From: Lama guanicoe
Taxonomy: Eukaryota
NCBI GenBank assembly: GCA_013239625.1
Contig: MU053758.1
Coordinates: forward strand, 2,294,001 to 2,358,000
Direction: 5' to 3'
Length of the DNA stretch: 64,000 nt
Shown one piece after another: positions 13,179 to 27,536 of the stretch (within the stretch, counting starts at the first letter, position 1; every line of letters begins with the position of its first letter). Under the pieces are notes generated by a model. It was given only the letters and a program-made list of their open reading frames with translations. It ran no database searches and was not told the origin of the DNA. The position numbers were made by a program, and so were the translations under genes.

Positions 13179-13287
13179 TTTTTGTTTTGGTTTGTTTTTT
13201 CTCCTAACAGAGGCACTGGGGATTGAACCCAGAACCTTGTATAGGTCAAGCATGTGCTCTACCACTGAGCTATACTCCCTACCCCCA
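13179..13287 (-). mobile_element. tRNA-derived SINE (vic-1-like)
   Basis: Reverse A/B boxes; TSD agtctacatt(g/a)ttctt at 13163-13178 and 13288-13303. Confidence 0.9.
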
Positions 13288-15757
13288 AGTCTACATTATT
13301 CTTAAAGGCTATATTTTTAAAGTACTGTGCTCTTGTACTAAGGAAACGACCTGTGTAAACATTCGGATTTTGCTAATAGAATGCTTGTTTTCTATTGGAA
13401 TGCTTATAGAATATTTTTAATGTATTCAACTCAAATTTTTAATAGAAGTTTATAGAAATAAATCACTTTTTAAAACTGCTTTAAGGGGAAGGAGATAAAT
13501 GATCATATTTAGTTAACTTTAAATTTTGAAATTTCAAAGAGTTAATTTTATTTTTGAATAGTTCAGATGTAAATTCATACTCTTTAACAAAAAAGACTTT
13601 TTATTAGAAGTGTTTACATTGTACCCACAGATTAAATCCCATTATCATAAATTCCAAGCGACTATCCAGGTTCTAAAATTTGAACAGTCATGGAGCTTGG
13701 CAACCTTTTTAAAAAAAATTATACACAAGTATTATGGAATCTTCTCACCATATGTGAACCCATCTACAGGTATAAATGGAGAACCAGGAAATACTGATAT
13801 AGATCAGCACTGATACTGACTCAATGTTGAGTATCTGTTTCCCTATATTAGGCCCTCTCTGTATCTACCACATGTCCTCAGAACTATGTAGAGTTGTATT
13901 TTAGCGAGTGCCCTACCCTAAAGGCTAAAGACCATAATGTTGTTAAGCATTGCAGTTTTATTTTATTTATTCCAGGAGTTTTGGTATATTTGGAATTTGT
14001 TGAAACAGGGTTTATTTATTTATTTACTCATTCATTCATTCATTTTTGAAACAGGATTTGACCTATTTAACTTGTGTGCCCTGAAGAGGTAGTATGTATC
14101 CTATCAAACAGTCATTCTTTCTTGAAATAAACATGCTAAACATTTTTCAGAAGCAATGTACATTTTCACAGTAGTAAACAATATTTGAAACCATAAAGTA
14201 AATTTTGGAGAAAACAAAACCTAAATATAAAACAGACTGAACTTACATGAAATGATGGTGAAAGAATTCAGATAATTTAATTCTAGTGACACCAAGAAGT
14301 AATCTGTTTCTGAATCATGAGGAATTTAAATTTATGAAGAATATTTTGACATTAGTAGTTGAAAAATTAGGCATTTTCTTTCCCTAAATGTCTTAAAACT
14401 TGGGGAAATTTAAAAAATTTATGTTGTATCTTGACTCAAGAGTTTTCTGGTAAGAGGCTTTGTCCCCAGGGTAGAAAAATATTAGTGCAAATTAAAATAA
14501 TGTTGTGTGTTTATCTCTATCAGTAATTTAATAGAAACTTTCAGATAATCGTTTTGTACTCTGTTGACTATCCCAGTTCTGGTTGATATGGTACAAACTA
14601 GATTCTGTTGTTCTGTCTGATGTAAGAGATTAAAATGATGAAAGTTGGTAGGAAGTAGTAGCTTTTGAGATTGTTTCACACACAAAGGGCAGCAGTATGC
14701 TTTAAAAAGATTCATTGCAAGAGATAGATCTGTTCTTTATGGTTCTGTGGAAGTATTCATGAAAGAACATAAATTTTTTTATAGCCACTTATCAAAAAAA
14801 TAGAAGAGATTCCTACTGTGCTTAGGGTTCTGAGACTTTTTAACCTTCTGATACTATGATGAAATACAGGACTATCTAACATGGTTTTATTTGTAGGCAT
14901 GAATTAGTATGCTGTACTCTCTTTTTTGAGGACGTGCATGGCACAGAATCCTTCCTTTACTCATAAACAGAAGTGGTTAAAAAATTAGATCTGAAAACTG
15001 AATTTTCTGATCTATTCCAGAAAAGCCATCCTTCTGTTTCTCCCGCTGATTATTATAATTTGTTGATTATTGTGAGAGGCCTTCTGCTACCAGTGCTTTG
15101 ATGATTCTGAAATAGTCTCTTGGACTTTCTCCTTAGATTTTTAGTTTGAGGGTTATTTATCCATTTTGGCTGGTCAGATATGGTTGCCTTTTGCTTCCAA
15201 ACCAATGGAATAAGTTAGTGTATTTTTCAATAATTTTAATTTCCAGCTTAGCTGTATTTCTTACAAAACACTTTAAAATACTATTGCTTTTTCTAGGTTC
15301 TCTCCACATCTGTAGCAATATAGTAGTATTACATTGTTGGGCTTTCGATCATTATTTAAATCTTTGCTGGTTAAAATATAGAGTAGGTTTGGTGACTCCA
15401 TGAGTTGGAGTGGTGCTTTGCAAATTTAAGATAATTACTTCTTGCATTATTTCATCTCAATAAAAATCCAAATAGAGTTTTAGGAAGGACATTTAAGAAA
15501 GAGTTTGTTAAAGGATCTACAAATAGTATCCCCAATGTTTTATTAGTTTTTTCAATATACTATAGATTTCTTTTTGCAAAATCCAGGTGTCTTTAATTGT
15601 GATAAACTTTGTTTCTTTACGTTGTATTACTGGTTTTTTTCCCTAAAAAGTAAAATCTTTGCATTCTTTTAATGGCCAGACATTATAATCTTTGAAGTTT
15701 TATTTGCATATTGTTTAAATAATTGTGATCTTTTTCTTTTCTTCCTCTATTGTTTAG

Positions 15758-15934
15758 CCCAAAAGAAACTCTACCTTCAAAACCTGTAAAGAAAGAGAAG
15801 GAACAAAGGCCACGTCACCTACTCACAGACCTCCCTCTCCCTCCAGAGCTCCCTGGTGGGGATCCATCTCCCCCAGACTCTCCTGAACCAAAGGCAATCA
15901 CACCACCTCAGCAACCATATAAAAAGAGACCAAA
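15758..15934 (+). CDS. CDK12: CDK12 exon 3
   Basis: ttgtttag|C; PKETLPSKP...KKRP(K); donor AA|GTGAGT; 177 nt. Confidence 0.97.
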
Positions 15935-16742
15935 GTGAGTTTTTGGAGGGACCAATCCTTAATTACAGTTTTCTTCCTTACCATTGGGCCTAAATCTCAG
16001 ACTTCTGCAACCTATACCAGTAGGATCAAAGATTGGGCCTAATGTATATCTTATTTTATTTTAGTGAATAAAAGCCTTTCATCTGCACCCACAGATATCT
16101 TGCTGTGTTTTTTAGAAAAGCAGTAATTCCCCAAATCCAAGTATACCATAAACATTGATCCCATTGTATCTTTTGAGTCTATAACTAAGAGTATTAAAGA
16201 AAGGAAAAAAACCTTTCATTCAGAGTGTGTCAACTGTGTACACGTTAATGAAAAATTAGTAGATGTGAGATTCTTTTCCCCTTAAACTATATAAGTTGCC
16301 ATGCCACAAAAGAAGTAGAATCTGTGTTTGATCTTCTGATTGTTAGCATTCTTCTTTTAGTAATAAAAATAGTTGCCATTTATTGAGCACACAGTGTTGC
16401 CAAAGTTTTATGTTTTACTTTCATAGTAACTCTATGATGTAGGGATTGTTTTCCCATCTATAGTTGAGGAAGCCAGTGCTCGATAGAGGTCAGAAAGTAA
16501 GCAGCAAATCTATTATTATTTGATGTCTTCCTGAAGCATAAAAAAAAATCTATCCTAGCCATTGTGAGAACTGTTTAGACTATTTTCGTATCATTTGATT
16601 CCTGCCTTTTTAATAAAGAAACTGATAAAAGATTCAGGAGCCAGAGGAAATCATCATAAAATAATTCTGTTTTGTTCTTTGAATATACTTAATTAAAAAA
16701 AATTTTTTGTTTATTTTTACTTTTATTTTGCCTTTTTTTTAG

Positions 16743-16882
16743 AATTTGTTGTCCTCGTTATGGAGAAAGGAGACAAACAGAAAGCGACTGGGGGAAACGC
16801 TGTGTGGACAAGTTTGACATTATTGGGATTATTGGAGAAGGAACCTATGGCCAAGTATATAAAGCCAAGGATAAAGACACAG
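16743..16882 (+). CDS. CDK12: CDK12 exon 4 (kinase G-loop GEGTYG)
   Basis: tttttag|[47 protein letters not shown]; donor G|GTAAAT; 140 nt. Confidence 0.98.
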
Positions 16883-17355
16883 GTAAATATTGCTACAAAA
16901 TTCTATATGTCAGAAGGTTAAAAATTTAGCAATACTGATGTCTCAAGTAAATTTAGCAGAAGTAAATTTTGAGTTCTAATTTGGTCTCCAAGAGTTACTA
17001 AATAGACTAAAATTTTCCAAAAGAGTAGTAGTAGTATTACTGTGTAAAAACCTTCCTCCTTCTTATTGTCCATTATAAATGTTTTCTATTTAGCTTGCTG
17101 GGAATTTAAGAGAGGGTAAAAATACAATCTGTAAGTTGCTTTTTGTTTGGTAAAGGGTTAGTCATTTGTGATAAAATGAAGCAGATGAGTTATTGGTATA
17201 TTTTAATAATACAAAATTTTTCGACCTTACTGAATATTAAATTTTAAATTCTTTAAAAAAAAATCAAAGGTAAGAAAGGGAATATGGGGATTTTTTTTAA
17301 ATGATATGAAAATATCTGGCATATAGCATTAAAGTAGTCATTAAATTTGTCTTTC

Positions 17356-17527
17356 ATATAACACAGGGAACTAAGTTCAATACATTGTAATAGCCTATAA
17401 TGAAAAAGAATATGAAAAGGATATATATATGTATGTGTATGTATAACTGAATCACCTTTCTGTACACCAGAAATTCCTGCAAGATGGTAAATCGACTATA
17501 CTTAATTTAAAAAAATTTAGATATAAA
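17356..17527 (+). mobile_element. 5'-truncated L1 3' end
   Basis: acacagggaac...tgtacaccagaaatt...gactatactt plus an A-rich tail; TSD taaat(t/c)tgtctttc at 17342 and 17528. Confidence 0.85.
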
Positions 17528-17590
17528 TAAATCTGTCTTTCTGAGCAAGAACATATATTGGTTGGGTGATGGCCAAAAAATGCTAATTGA

Positions 17591-17700
17591 AGCAGGGAGG
17601 ATATAGCTCAGTGGTAGAGTGTGTGCTTAGCATGCACAAGGTCCTGGGTTCAATCCCCAGTACCTTCATGAAAATAAATAAACCTAATTACCACCCCCCC
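17591..17700 (+). mobile_element. tRNA-derived SINE (vic-1-like)
   Basis: tagctcagtggtagag A box and ggttcaatccc B box; TSD aaatgc(ta/cg)attga. Confidence 0.9.
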
Positions 17701-17743
17701 AAATGCCGATTGATAATATAACAGTTTGAATTTGTTGTGACAG

Positions 17744-17914
17744 GAGAGCTAGTGGCCCTGAAGAAGGTGAGACTAGACAACGAGAAAGAGGGCTTCCCAA
17801 TCACAGCCATTCGTGAGATCAAAATCCTTCGTCAGCTAATCCACCGAAGTGTTGTTAACATGAAGGAAATTGTCACAGATAAACAGGATGCCCTGGATTT
17901 CAAGAAAGACAAAG
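17744..17914 (+). CDS. CDK12: CDK12 exon 5 (VALK, PITAIRE helix)
   Basis: gtgacag|[31 protein letters not shown]...KKDK; donor G|GTAGTA; 171 nt. Confidence 0.98.
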
Positions 17915-20204
17915 GTAGTAGCAAAGAATCATGTTTCTACAGTGTAGATTGGCACATCTTATTTTCGTTTCTTAGCTTGTTTACCTGTTTGCATTTTTTA
18001 ACAGGTTGTACAAATGTCCAGCTTCTTTCCTTAATCCATACCATAATTAAGGTGTTAACAGAGTGCTCTTCTGCTGAACAGTGCTTATTTTATAAAATGT
18101 GCATTCTTCATCAGTCTATTCTTATACTTTTAGAAATCACTGTTACAGCAGACCCTAATTTTAATGATTAACAACTAATAAGGCCAACACATAAACAATG
18201 TAAGATTCTCCTCCGACCAATATTTTGACGGTTTCTTTCACAAGTTAGAATAAAAATAATGGAAATTAGAACCCAGATTTGTCAGTTATTCTCATTTTTA
18301 CATCATTCCTTCATTTATATGCATCCATATATTTACAGTTTTGTACTCATACAGTTTAGAATCCGAAGCAGGTATTTCTAAGAATAATCTTCTTCAGGTC
18401 ATTTAGTAGTTTGTTTTCCTGGATTTGTAACTTTTGTCTCTGTTTGGGGGATAAATTATTCGTTGTTTCCATACTTACGTTTGAAGTAGTCTATATATGA
18501 CATCCAGTCTACTTTTATTGAAATAAATCTGAAGGTTTAAAGATGGGCAACTGTGAAGAGATGGCATCTGTGAATACACACTGGGGTGTTGAGAGAATAT
18601 GATTGGAATACATAAAATTAGGAAGGTAATGGATAAAGTTAAGCTGGACTTCTTTAAAGAACCTCAAAAGCCTCAAAGATGTTAGCACTAGGGGAGTAGT
18701 ACCTTTTGAGTTTGTAAAAGTAGTTTTAAAGAAAATAAAAGGAAATTATGTTTATGTAACTATTTAGATTAATTTATGAGCTTTAGATGAGAATAGATTT
18801 AAGTATACCAGGTGTATTTCTGAATGTGTTTTTAAATTTTTTCTGATTATAGATAACTGTACAGTGTGTAGTTAGTTTCTATAAGGATGCACAAGAAAAT
18901 ATTAATTGGTTGCTTCTGGAGAGGGGCATGCTTTCATCCATGCCATTCTATACTTTTTAAATAATTTAGCAGGTACTGTTTAAGTTCTTTTTTTTTTTTA
19001 AACTCATAAAATAATGAATGAATGGATGTGATGCATGCCCATTGTGGAAAAATTAAAAATACAGAAGAGTAAGAAAAAGAAAATGTCAATCACTTCTCTC
19101 CCACTCCTTCCCAGTATACCACCATCCATAAAAAATCACTATTGTATTAGAGCTTTGTCATATTTCTTTCTAGTACTGTATGTATGTATTGTATTTATTT
19201 TAATATAACTGAGAGCAAGGCATATTTAGTGTTTCATAACTTGTCATAAGCAATTTCCCATATCATTAACATGTTTTAATGACTGTGCATAAAAATAGAT
19301 GAATCCAAGTTTATTTCACCTGTCCTTATTGAGCAGTTGCCAGTTTTAAAAAAAAAATAGCACCGCCTTGAGCATCTTTGTACATAAATTTCTGCATTTT
19401 GATTGATTTCTTAATATAGTTTCCTAGAAGTAGAATTATTAGGTCAAAGGAATTTTCATATTTAATGTTAGATTGTTTTTTAGAAAGAAAATAATTTATG
19501 TCCCACCAGTGAGTGCCCATCTCACTTTATCCTCCCTATCGTTGAGTTAATTTTTTTAAAGATTGTCATCTTATCTGTTAGGTGAAGTATGAATGCTATC
19601 ATTATTTTGGATTGCATTCTACATTCTGAGTTTTTCCTCATGTTTATCAGTTTTACTTAATTTTCTCTTTTTTGAGTTATCCCTTTGTGTCTTTTGTCTA
19701 CTCATCTTTTGCAGTTTTAGTGTTTTATTAAGTTGTATGAAGTCTTAGCTAAAGCTAAGATATTCCTTTACTGCAGTGCTTACATTTTAGGACCTCTTTA
19801 AACATCATACGGATCCGCTCTTCAAAAACATACATTTGAAATGTTGCATACGCATATGTTTAAAATGTTGTATGTTATTTCAGAGAGCTCAGAGAGTCCT
19901 TGAAGTCCCCTTAGATTAAGAATCCTTGATTTTGTGCTACTGAGAGAAGAATTCTAGACTGGATAAATCATTGTCTAACTAGGTCTAGTATTTCTTATAT
20001 TGTAATATTTGCCTCTATCATGCACCTTGCCTAAAGTCAAAAGATATTGTGGATTTCAAAACTTTCATAATTCTTTTAGCCTTTTATCTGCTTTTAAATT
20101 GAAGGAATTAGATGCTTCATCTTTCTTTCAATTCTTAAATACTATAAATTTCGTTAGTAATTTATACTGAATATACCCTTGGCATATTATGTGAGTGCTG
20201 TTTA

Positions 20205-20345
20205 CTAGGGTAAAGACTTCTACAAAAGAAGTCTTTGAAAATATGTAACAAATGGGCATGGTTGTGTGTTACAAATAAAACTTTATTTACAGCAATAGAC
20301 AGCAGACTACATTCGGCGCAAGGGTCTGTAATTTGCCAATGGACT
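20205..20345. mobile_element. MER58-like hAT element fragment
   Basis: aaatgggcatggttgtgtgtt...aataaaactttatttaca...gtaatttgcca resembles MER58A. Confidence 0.55.
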
Positions 20346-20619
20346 TAGATCATGAAAGACTGGTTATACAACCTAATTGGGGCAGTTGTCCCCCTCAAGA
20401 AGTAAGTAGTCAGAGTGCTGGACTATGAGTCAGAAGATTAATTCAAATAGTAGTTCTGTTATTTATTATTAGAATGGGCAAGTTTTTCAACTGCTTGAAT
20501 TTCAGTTTCTTCATGTATAAAATAAAGTGTTTTTTTTCCAGAGAGTTTGTGGTCAATTCCAAAATTATATTAAAATTTGAGTCATTGTCATTTCAGCATC
20601 CTTTTTCTTTTGTTTTTAA

Positions 20620-20832
<213 letters not shown>

Positions 20833-21854
20833 TAACATAGTAACCATATGAGGTTAAACATTTTCTCCCTCTTTTCTGACCTCTTTAGTTTCAGCTAGTT
20901 AATTGGGGTTATTGGTAGACCCAGTAATGTAGTTTTTTGCATTTACGTGCACCTGATGTCTGTACCTTAGGAATAACTTGTGACAGGGGGTAATCTGATC
21001 AGCAGAGTCTTCAGACTCAGTATTGGTAAGGAACTAACAGAGACAGGATTGTAAAGGTTTTTTTAATTGCAGGCATTTTTAGGGAATCACTTATGTCCTA
21101 CAGGAATGTTTAGAGAGCTTTTGCCATAGTTAGTAAATAACACTTTTGTGGTCCTATGCAGATTCAAATGCACATTGAGTTCTTAATGAAATTCTCCATT
21201 GTTTAGTGGGGAGAAACATACCTGCTCTTTTAGCCACTCTTAAGACTTTCTCAGTTATTGAATTGCAGACTAAACAGGTATAGTTGGTGACTGACCTTTC
21301 TGCCCAGCACTTACTTCCGGGTTTTAATAGTGTAGATGACAGACAGGAATTTGGTGAAGAATGATGTTAATTCTTCAGAAGTTTGTATCATCTAGTTTCT
21401 CTCTGACTATTTGCCTAACTTGCATTGGTGATAGCCATTGTGTTAAACACACTAGTCTTTGGTAGTAGCCATACCTAATTGAGGAATAAGAAGCAAGTCT
21501 GGTACCACTGAAATAATAAGGCCAGTGTTTGGTTCTTTAGGTGATTGGGCTGTTTACAGCCATCTTTGTCTGATGCACCCATTGTTTTAAACATTTCTGT
21601 TCAGTTCTATTTAACAGACGTCTAGATCAGAATATGGAATGATTGTGACATATTTTCTGTCTTTGTGGGGTGGGATGACCAACTCTACAGGACTGTCCTG
21701 GTTTTAGCACAAAAAATCCCATATGGGGTGATTGGTCCCTGGAGAGTTCAGAGTTTAGTAGAGAAGCTAAACAAATAAATTGCTCAATTCAATAAACATT
21801 TATTAAGCTTTTTTTTTCCCTTGAATTTGGGAGCATCTGGGAATGTGCAATCTT

Positions 21855-21995
21855 TTTTTTTAATTATTTTATTTTATTTGGGGCAAGGCAGGGAGGCAAT
21901 TAGATTCATTTATTTATTTATTTTTAGAGGAGGTAGTAGGGAACCCGGGACCTCATGCATACTAAGCATACACTCTACCACTTGGGCTATCCCCC
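21855..21995 (-). mobile_element. tRNA-derived SINE (vic-1-like)
   Basis: Perfect 18-bp TSD ctgggaatgtgcaatctt at 21837 and 21996. Confidence 0.92.
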
Positions 21996-22029
21996 CTGGG
22001 AATGTGCAATCTTGAGGAATGTATAGGAA

Positions 22030-23560
22030 CTTATCACAAAGACTGACAAAAGAGGGTTACATTTCTAGGCAAAAGAGATTGCATGGACAAAAGCACATAA
22101 ATGTGAAAATAACATAGCATGTTATGTCTGGAAAACTGTAAACAAGTCAGTATTGCTAGGGCAAGAAGAGTGAAGCACCTAATGGCAAGAGATGACACTG
22201 GACAGTTGCAAGGAGCCAATTTAAAGATCTTGTATATCTCACTAAGGAGCTTAAACTTTATCTACAGGTGACGGCCATTTAAAGGTGCTGGTTTTGTTAA
22301 TTTTTTGTTTTTAAATGATACAATTAATTTGTTATTTCAAATTATATATGTATATATATTTGTACTTAAATACCTTTATGAGATAATACATGATATGAAA
22401 AGATTCCTTTCTGTCACTATCTCTTTGACCCACAATTCTCATTAAAGCTGGACTTGGTTAATCTATGTCCACAGTAATAATGCTCCAAGGACTTAGTAAT
22501 GATGGCTATCATCTTGCAGCTTTCTGGACTGTAGTATTAATATACTTTCCTGTTTTCCTTTTGCTCCTCTATCAGGGTATGTCTCAGGCCAGGGAATAAC
22601 TACAGTCCTGCTTGGTATCCTTTCGGATGGGTCAGGCCCCTCTCTGTCCCTGACTTCCCATATTCAGCAAGTTGATGAGGTTCTAGACTAACCTTAATTT
22701 CTTTCTCAGGTTGCTAAGTAGGATGCAAGAGTCTCATGGTCTAGTCTAATCCACCCAGCCTCTGCTCTTGTCCATTTAGTTCTGTTTACACAGAGACTTC
22801 TTGGTGAGATGGCCTAGAGAGAATGGTAAGGAGTCCTCAGCCAGACAACGAAGAGAAAGCAGTTAATGAGAGGGAGGAGAGCAGGGTGGGGCTCCATGAT
22901 GTTCATTATATCTTAATGACACAAGTAGAAATGAGGCCAGATCATTGTAGATAGAGGAGAGAGACAATTAATCTTCTGTTTTAGAAAAGTCACTCTAAAT
23001 GGGCGCTATATGGGGTATAGATTGGAAGCAAGCAGGGAGACCTATAAAGAATACCGTAAGAAATGGTCAGTTCTTGAACTTATCAAGGCATTGCAAGTAG
23101 AGATGGACAGGGTGGACTTGATAGGTCAATAGACTTTGGTGAGTGAATGAATGGTGGGGAATGTATAAAAGTACTTTGAGGTAACTTACAGATATCTGAC
23201 TTGAGAACTATCTAAATAGGTGGCACAATGGTCAATGTAGGGAATACAGAAGGAAGAGCAGGCTGGGTGGGAAGAAGAGTAAATTCCTTTTGCATATGTC
23301 TGTTGTGTAGCCAGGGTAGTGATATCAAATAGGCATATGGTCACATGGGAGTTCGAAGCTAACAATGTAGATTCAGGAGTTATGGATCATAGAAAAGATG
23401 TGAGAAAATAGAATCTGAGGGAATGGTCAAACAGGAAGGAAATAAGGAAATACCATGAATGCAAATGGGCAGGTTTAAGAAATGAGTGGTCATAGGTGTC
23501 AGATGATGCAAATATATTTTAAGACCCAAGGATAGAATCTGAAAATTAAAAGGTCAGTGG
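22030..23560 (-). mobile_element. Degenerate L2 LINE fragments (discontinuous)
   Basis: Purine-rich segments typical of antisense L2, such as taaggagcttaaactttatct and tttagaaaagtcactct...gggaatacagaaggaagagcagg. Confidence 0.5.
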
Positions 23561-24649
23561 TGACAGTGTAGGGTGAATGGGTGGGTAGCACTGTTAATGG
23601 CAAGGTGATTGTAGGTGTCACTTTAATTCTTTGTTTTTATTAATTTTTTTATTATGGATGCAGAGGTTTGAGCATGTTTAAATTCTAAGGGAAATAGGGA
23701 GGTAAAGATTCAGGAAAGAACCAAAGTGATTTAAAGCAACAAGTTTCTAGAGGAGATGGGGTTAAGGCCACAGGTAGTAGTACTGATTATCCTTGAACAG
23801 GAAAAGAGATTGACACACTTTTTCGGTAATTGAAGGGAAAGAAGAATGATTATAGGTGCAAATAAGTTTATAGGTAGAAGAATGTCAAATAGCTCCCACC
23901 TGATGGCTTCTTTTGTTTCCAACACAGGTCATTTACTGAGAGCGAGAGGGGAGGGATGGATTAGGAAATATGCTAGGTGCTGGTGATGTTTAGTTCTAGC
24001 CTGATTTTCCATGACCATATATCTATTGCCATTTTAACTTTCAGTCCTACCATGGTGGGACTTGCCTTGAGTTTTGGGATCAATGTAAGGATGCCAAGAA
24101 ATTTGAGGAACCCTTTTTGTCTCAATATAGGGCTCAAGTCAGCTATTCCTTTCTTTTTTGCTTTTCTCAGAATTTGCTTATAAATTGAACTTAAAATGTA
24201 ATAAGGTGTGGTACAAATGGGTAAGTTACCTGTAATCTTTACTAGGAACTATAAGGGTTGATTTAATGTAAAATCTTGTTGCTAATAGTTGCCTTGTTTT
24301 TAAAATTCTGTCCCATTGCTCAGACTTTGAGGAGCACTTCCTAAAATAGCCTTTTTTTCCATCTGTCTTACTTTTCTGCTTAATCTGAGCTATCTAGGCA
24401 CATGAGATATCCCTAGTCCCTTAAAAAAGGTAAACTGACTTTTCATTCCCTAGGAGGTAACGTACGCTGTAAATGTGAATGAATAGGCTAAAAATTTAGA
24501 TAAATGTGATTAATCCAAAATAATTAAAAATGTTTTTTAAATAGTTACCCAACATTTTTTGTGTTGCATTTTTTTTTGAAATATTGCTTGACATCACTGT
24601 CACAGACAAAATACTTAAGAGTGAAACATGGATGTGATCCCTTTAAGGG

Positions 24650-24829
24650 AATGGTTCTCAAAGTGTGGGTCGCAGATCAACACCATTGGTATCACCTGTG
24701 AGCTTGTTCAAACTAAAAATTCATGGACCATGACCTACTGAATCAGCTTCTCTGGGAATGGGGCCCAGGAAATGTTTAATACGTTTTTTCAGGTGATTTT
24801 TGTTTCATATTAAAGTTTGAAAACCCCTG
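24650..24829. mobile_element. MER5A hAT-Charlie MITE
   Basis: tggttctcaaagtgtgg...gacctactgaatcag...ggggcccagga...aagtttgaaaacccctg. Confidence 0.8.
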
Positions 24830-25644
24830 TAAGGTCATAATTCTGTGTCTTTATGGTGTGGGAAGTGATGGCAGCATGCTGGTAGAAGGGGCCTCATTCA
24901 TCATAAAAATTGTTTGGTCAGATTAAAGATTATTCTGTTTGGAAAAATCTGTTATAGCCATAGTATTGTGGCAGTTTACTGTCTATTATGAAAAATGTCA
25001 AGTTATAAGGAAAAATTGAGACACTAATGTAATTAATAATGCATATACAATTAACATTTTACTGTATTTGTGTCCTTTTTATTTTTCTGCGTGACTTATT
25101 TTCAAGTAAATTACAGACATCATTACATTTGATCCTAAATACTCTGACAAAAATAATTATTACCTGTTATCTTCTAACATGCAGTCCATATTTTGTATTT
25201 TTTCAATTATGTCAAAAATGTCTTTTGTATAGCTAATTTGTTCAAACCACAATCAGTCAAGGATTATGAATTGGGTTAAGTTGTTAGGCCTCTTAAATCT
25301 CTTTTAAATCTAGAACAAGCCATTCTCTTTGCCCCAACAGTAAGTATTTAATCTACGATATTCTAGTCACTGTTGATTGCCAAAAAAATAAAAGAAATAC
25401 TTAGTTAAAGAGTCAAATACAAAAATATAGTATTAGCCCCCCCAAAAAAACCCCTAAGGCTTTATAAACTAGAGTAGTCAAAGATGTATTCTGAGAGAGT
25501 GACCATTAAGAGTAGAACTAAAAGAGCAAAGGTTAAAATTCATATTTGTAATTACTTTAACTCCTAAATTAGCGCTTGACTTTTTAGATGTAATTTGGAG
25601 GCTGCTGCTGTTATTTATGGAAACAATTATTTTTTGTTTTACAG

Positions 25645-25701
25645 TGGGCAGATCAAACTAGCAGATTTTGGACTTGCTCGTCTCTATAATTCTGAAGAGA
25701 G
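25645..25701 (+). CDS. CDK12: CDK12 exon 7 (DFG motif)
   Basis: tttacag|T; GQIKLADFGLARLYNSEE; donor AG|GTGAGT; 57 nt. Confidence 0.98.
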
Positions 25702-26081
25702 GTGAGTCATTCATCAAAACTACATGTGAGAAATAGGAAAGAATTTTTTAAATTCTTGGATATGCTTATATTCTGCAAGTTGCAATAACTGTCAGAATTC
25801 CCTAATTTTCTAAATTTGTTACCCACCTGGATTTTAGACAGTAGATTCTATCTAAATTCTTGAATCCACCTTAGACTGAAATAAATCAATCCAAATTGGA
25901 ATGGGAGTTATTTCTTCATCAACTACTTCTGTCCAGTTTACTTTTATCTGCCAGGTTGCTGTGAAGCTGTTTGATGATCCCATCTTCAATTGGCAGCTAT
26001 TTTAATTTGCATTTAATTGTACAAGTATTTTTCATAAGAAGCCATTGCAAATTTATGTCATGGTTATGTTTTACATTTCAG

Positions 26082-26183
26082 CCGCCCTTATACAAACAAA
26101 GTCATTACCCTGTGGTACCGACCTCCAGAACTTCTGCTGGGAGAAGAGCGATACACACCAGCAATAGACGTTTGGAGCTGTGG
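26082..26183 (+). CDS. CDK12: CDK12 exon 8 (activation loop Thr)
   Basis: atttcag|[34 protein letters not shown]; donor GG|GTAAGG; 102 nt. Confidence 0.98.
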
Positions 26184-26319
26184 GTAAGGCTTTTTTCACC
26201 TTTTCTTTTGTCTGTAATTCACGTAGTGCTGAACTTGTATCCTTTTTTTTATCTCTACATTGGTTTTGGCAGCTTTTCTTTAAATTCAGAAGGATAGGGA
26301 AAAACTTTTAGCCAGATTT

Positions 26320-27350
26320 CAAAAAAAAAAAACTGTTAAATATTTCTTAATATCAGAAACAGTCTTTTTCTTTTTCACATTTCCCTAATTGTCTTTTTTT
26401 TTTTAAGCTTACTTTGAATTTAGATCCAAATACATGCAAATAAGGTCCATAGATTGCAATGGATTATCTCAAGTCTTAATTATAGATTCTCCTTCCATCT
26501 TTCTTGGGTTTTTTTTTTTTTTAGGAGAAACTGGGTCGTTTGCCCTGTAGAGTTTCCTACAATCTGGATTTTGCTGATTGCATCCGCATGGTGATTTTTT
26601 AACATGGTTCTCTATTCCTTTTATTTCCTATAGATTGTAGATGAATTCAGGTTTGGTTCCCAACCATCCCCTGCCCCTAAAACTACTTTACAGGTGGTTT
26701 TGAGTACTTCTGATGGATCATGTAGTCACTGGTACATCCAAGTTGGGGGTATGAAGCAGTGGGAGCCTCTGCCCAGAGTACAGGCAATAACTGGGTGCAT
26801 TATCTATTGTTTTTTTTTTTTTTGCAATGTTACTAGCTATTAATGGTCTCTACATCCATTAATTCACTTGTGGTTGTTTTGTGATATGATATTCTAACCA
26901 TATCATTCTTTTTTGGAATAAAGATAACTTACCTGTTTGACTAACCCTAGGTACAAATGATGTAGAAAAGTTTTAATTGAAGGTTTAATTTTCATTTTAT
27001 TTACCATTTTGAAATAGTGAGGGTTCCTAGTATCAAAGAGGTTATTTTGGGTTTGTTTTTTAGTTTCATTATGCACCCATGGATTTAAACATACTTGATG
27101 GTTTTAATCCATTTAGTTATCATCCTTATTCTTCTTCAAACTGTCCAGTCTTTGGCCAGTGGAAGTTTATTCAGGTTAATTATTTGTACCTTTTGACTTG
27201 ACCATAGTGGTCTTTGATAGCCTTCATTGATTTCTGATTCCAGACTCATCCTGTTCATTTCCTACCCCAGACCTGGAACTGGCCATTTCTCTAAGGAGCC
27301 TTAGTTCCTTTTAGTAGAAAATGGTATTTATAGACCACAGTTTGTGTGTT
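26320..27350 (-). mobile_element. Old L1M-type fragment
   Basis: Degenerate L1MC-like motifs (gtagagtttcc...ctggattttgctgattgcatcc; tttggccagtgg...agttccttttagt). Confidence 0.5.
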
Positions 27351-27536
27351 AGAGGCATAGACATATTAAATGGCATGTTAGTTAATTGTTTCTTATGCTG
27401 TATGATTTGTGCATGCGCACTAACTTGGACCTTTACACTTTAGGATTCTGACATACATACTTACAAGTGGAGCATATCACTTTTCCCATTCTTTCTCTCC
27501 TCTATTAATATCATTCTTTAAAAGAAGCACTACAGG

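Noticed and set aside
17915..18171. Open frame continuing past exon 5 into intron 5
   Set aside because: The translation after KDKG is not kinase-like, and the canonical donor joins exon 6 in frame.
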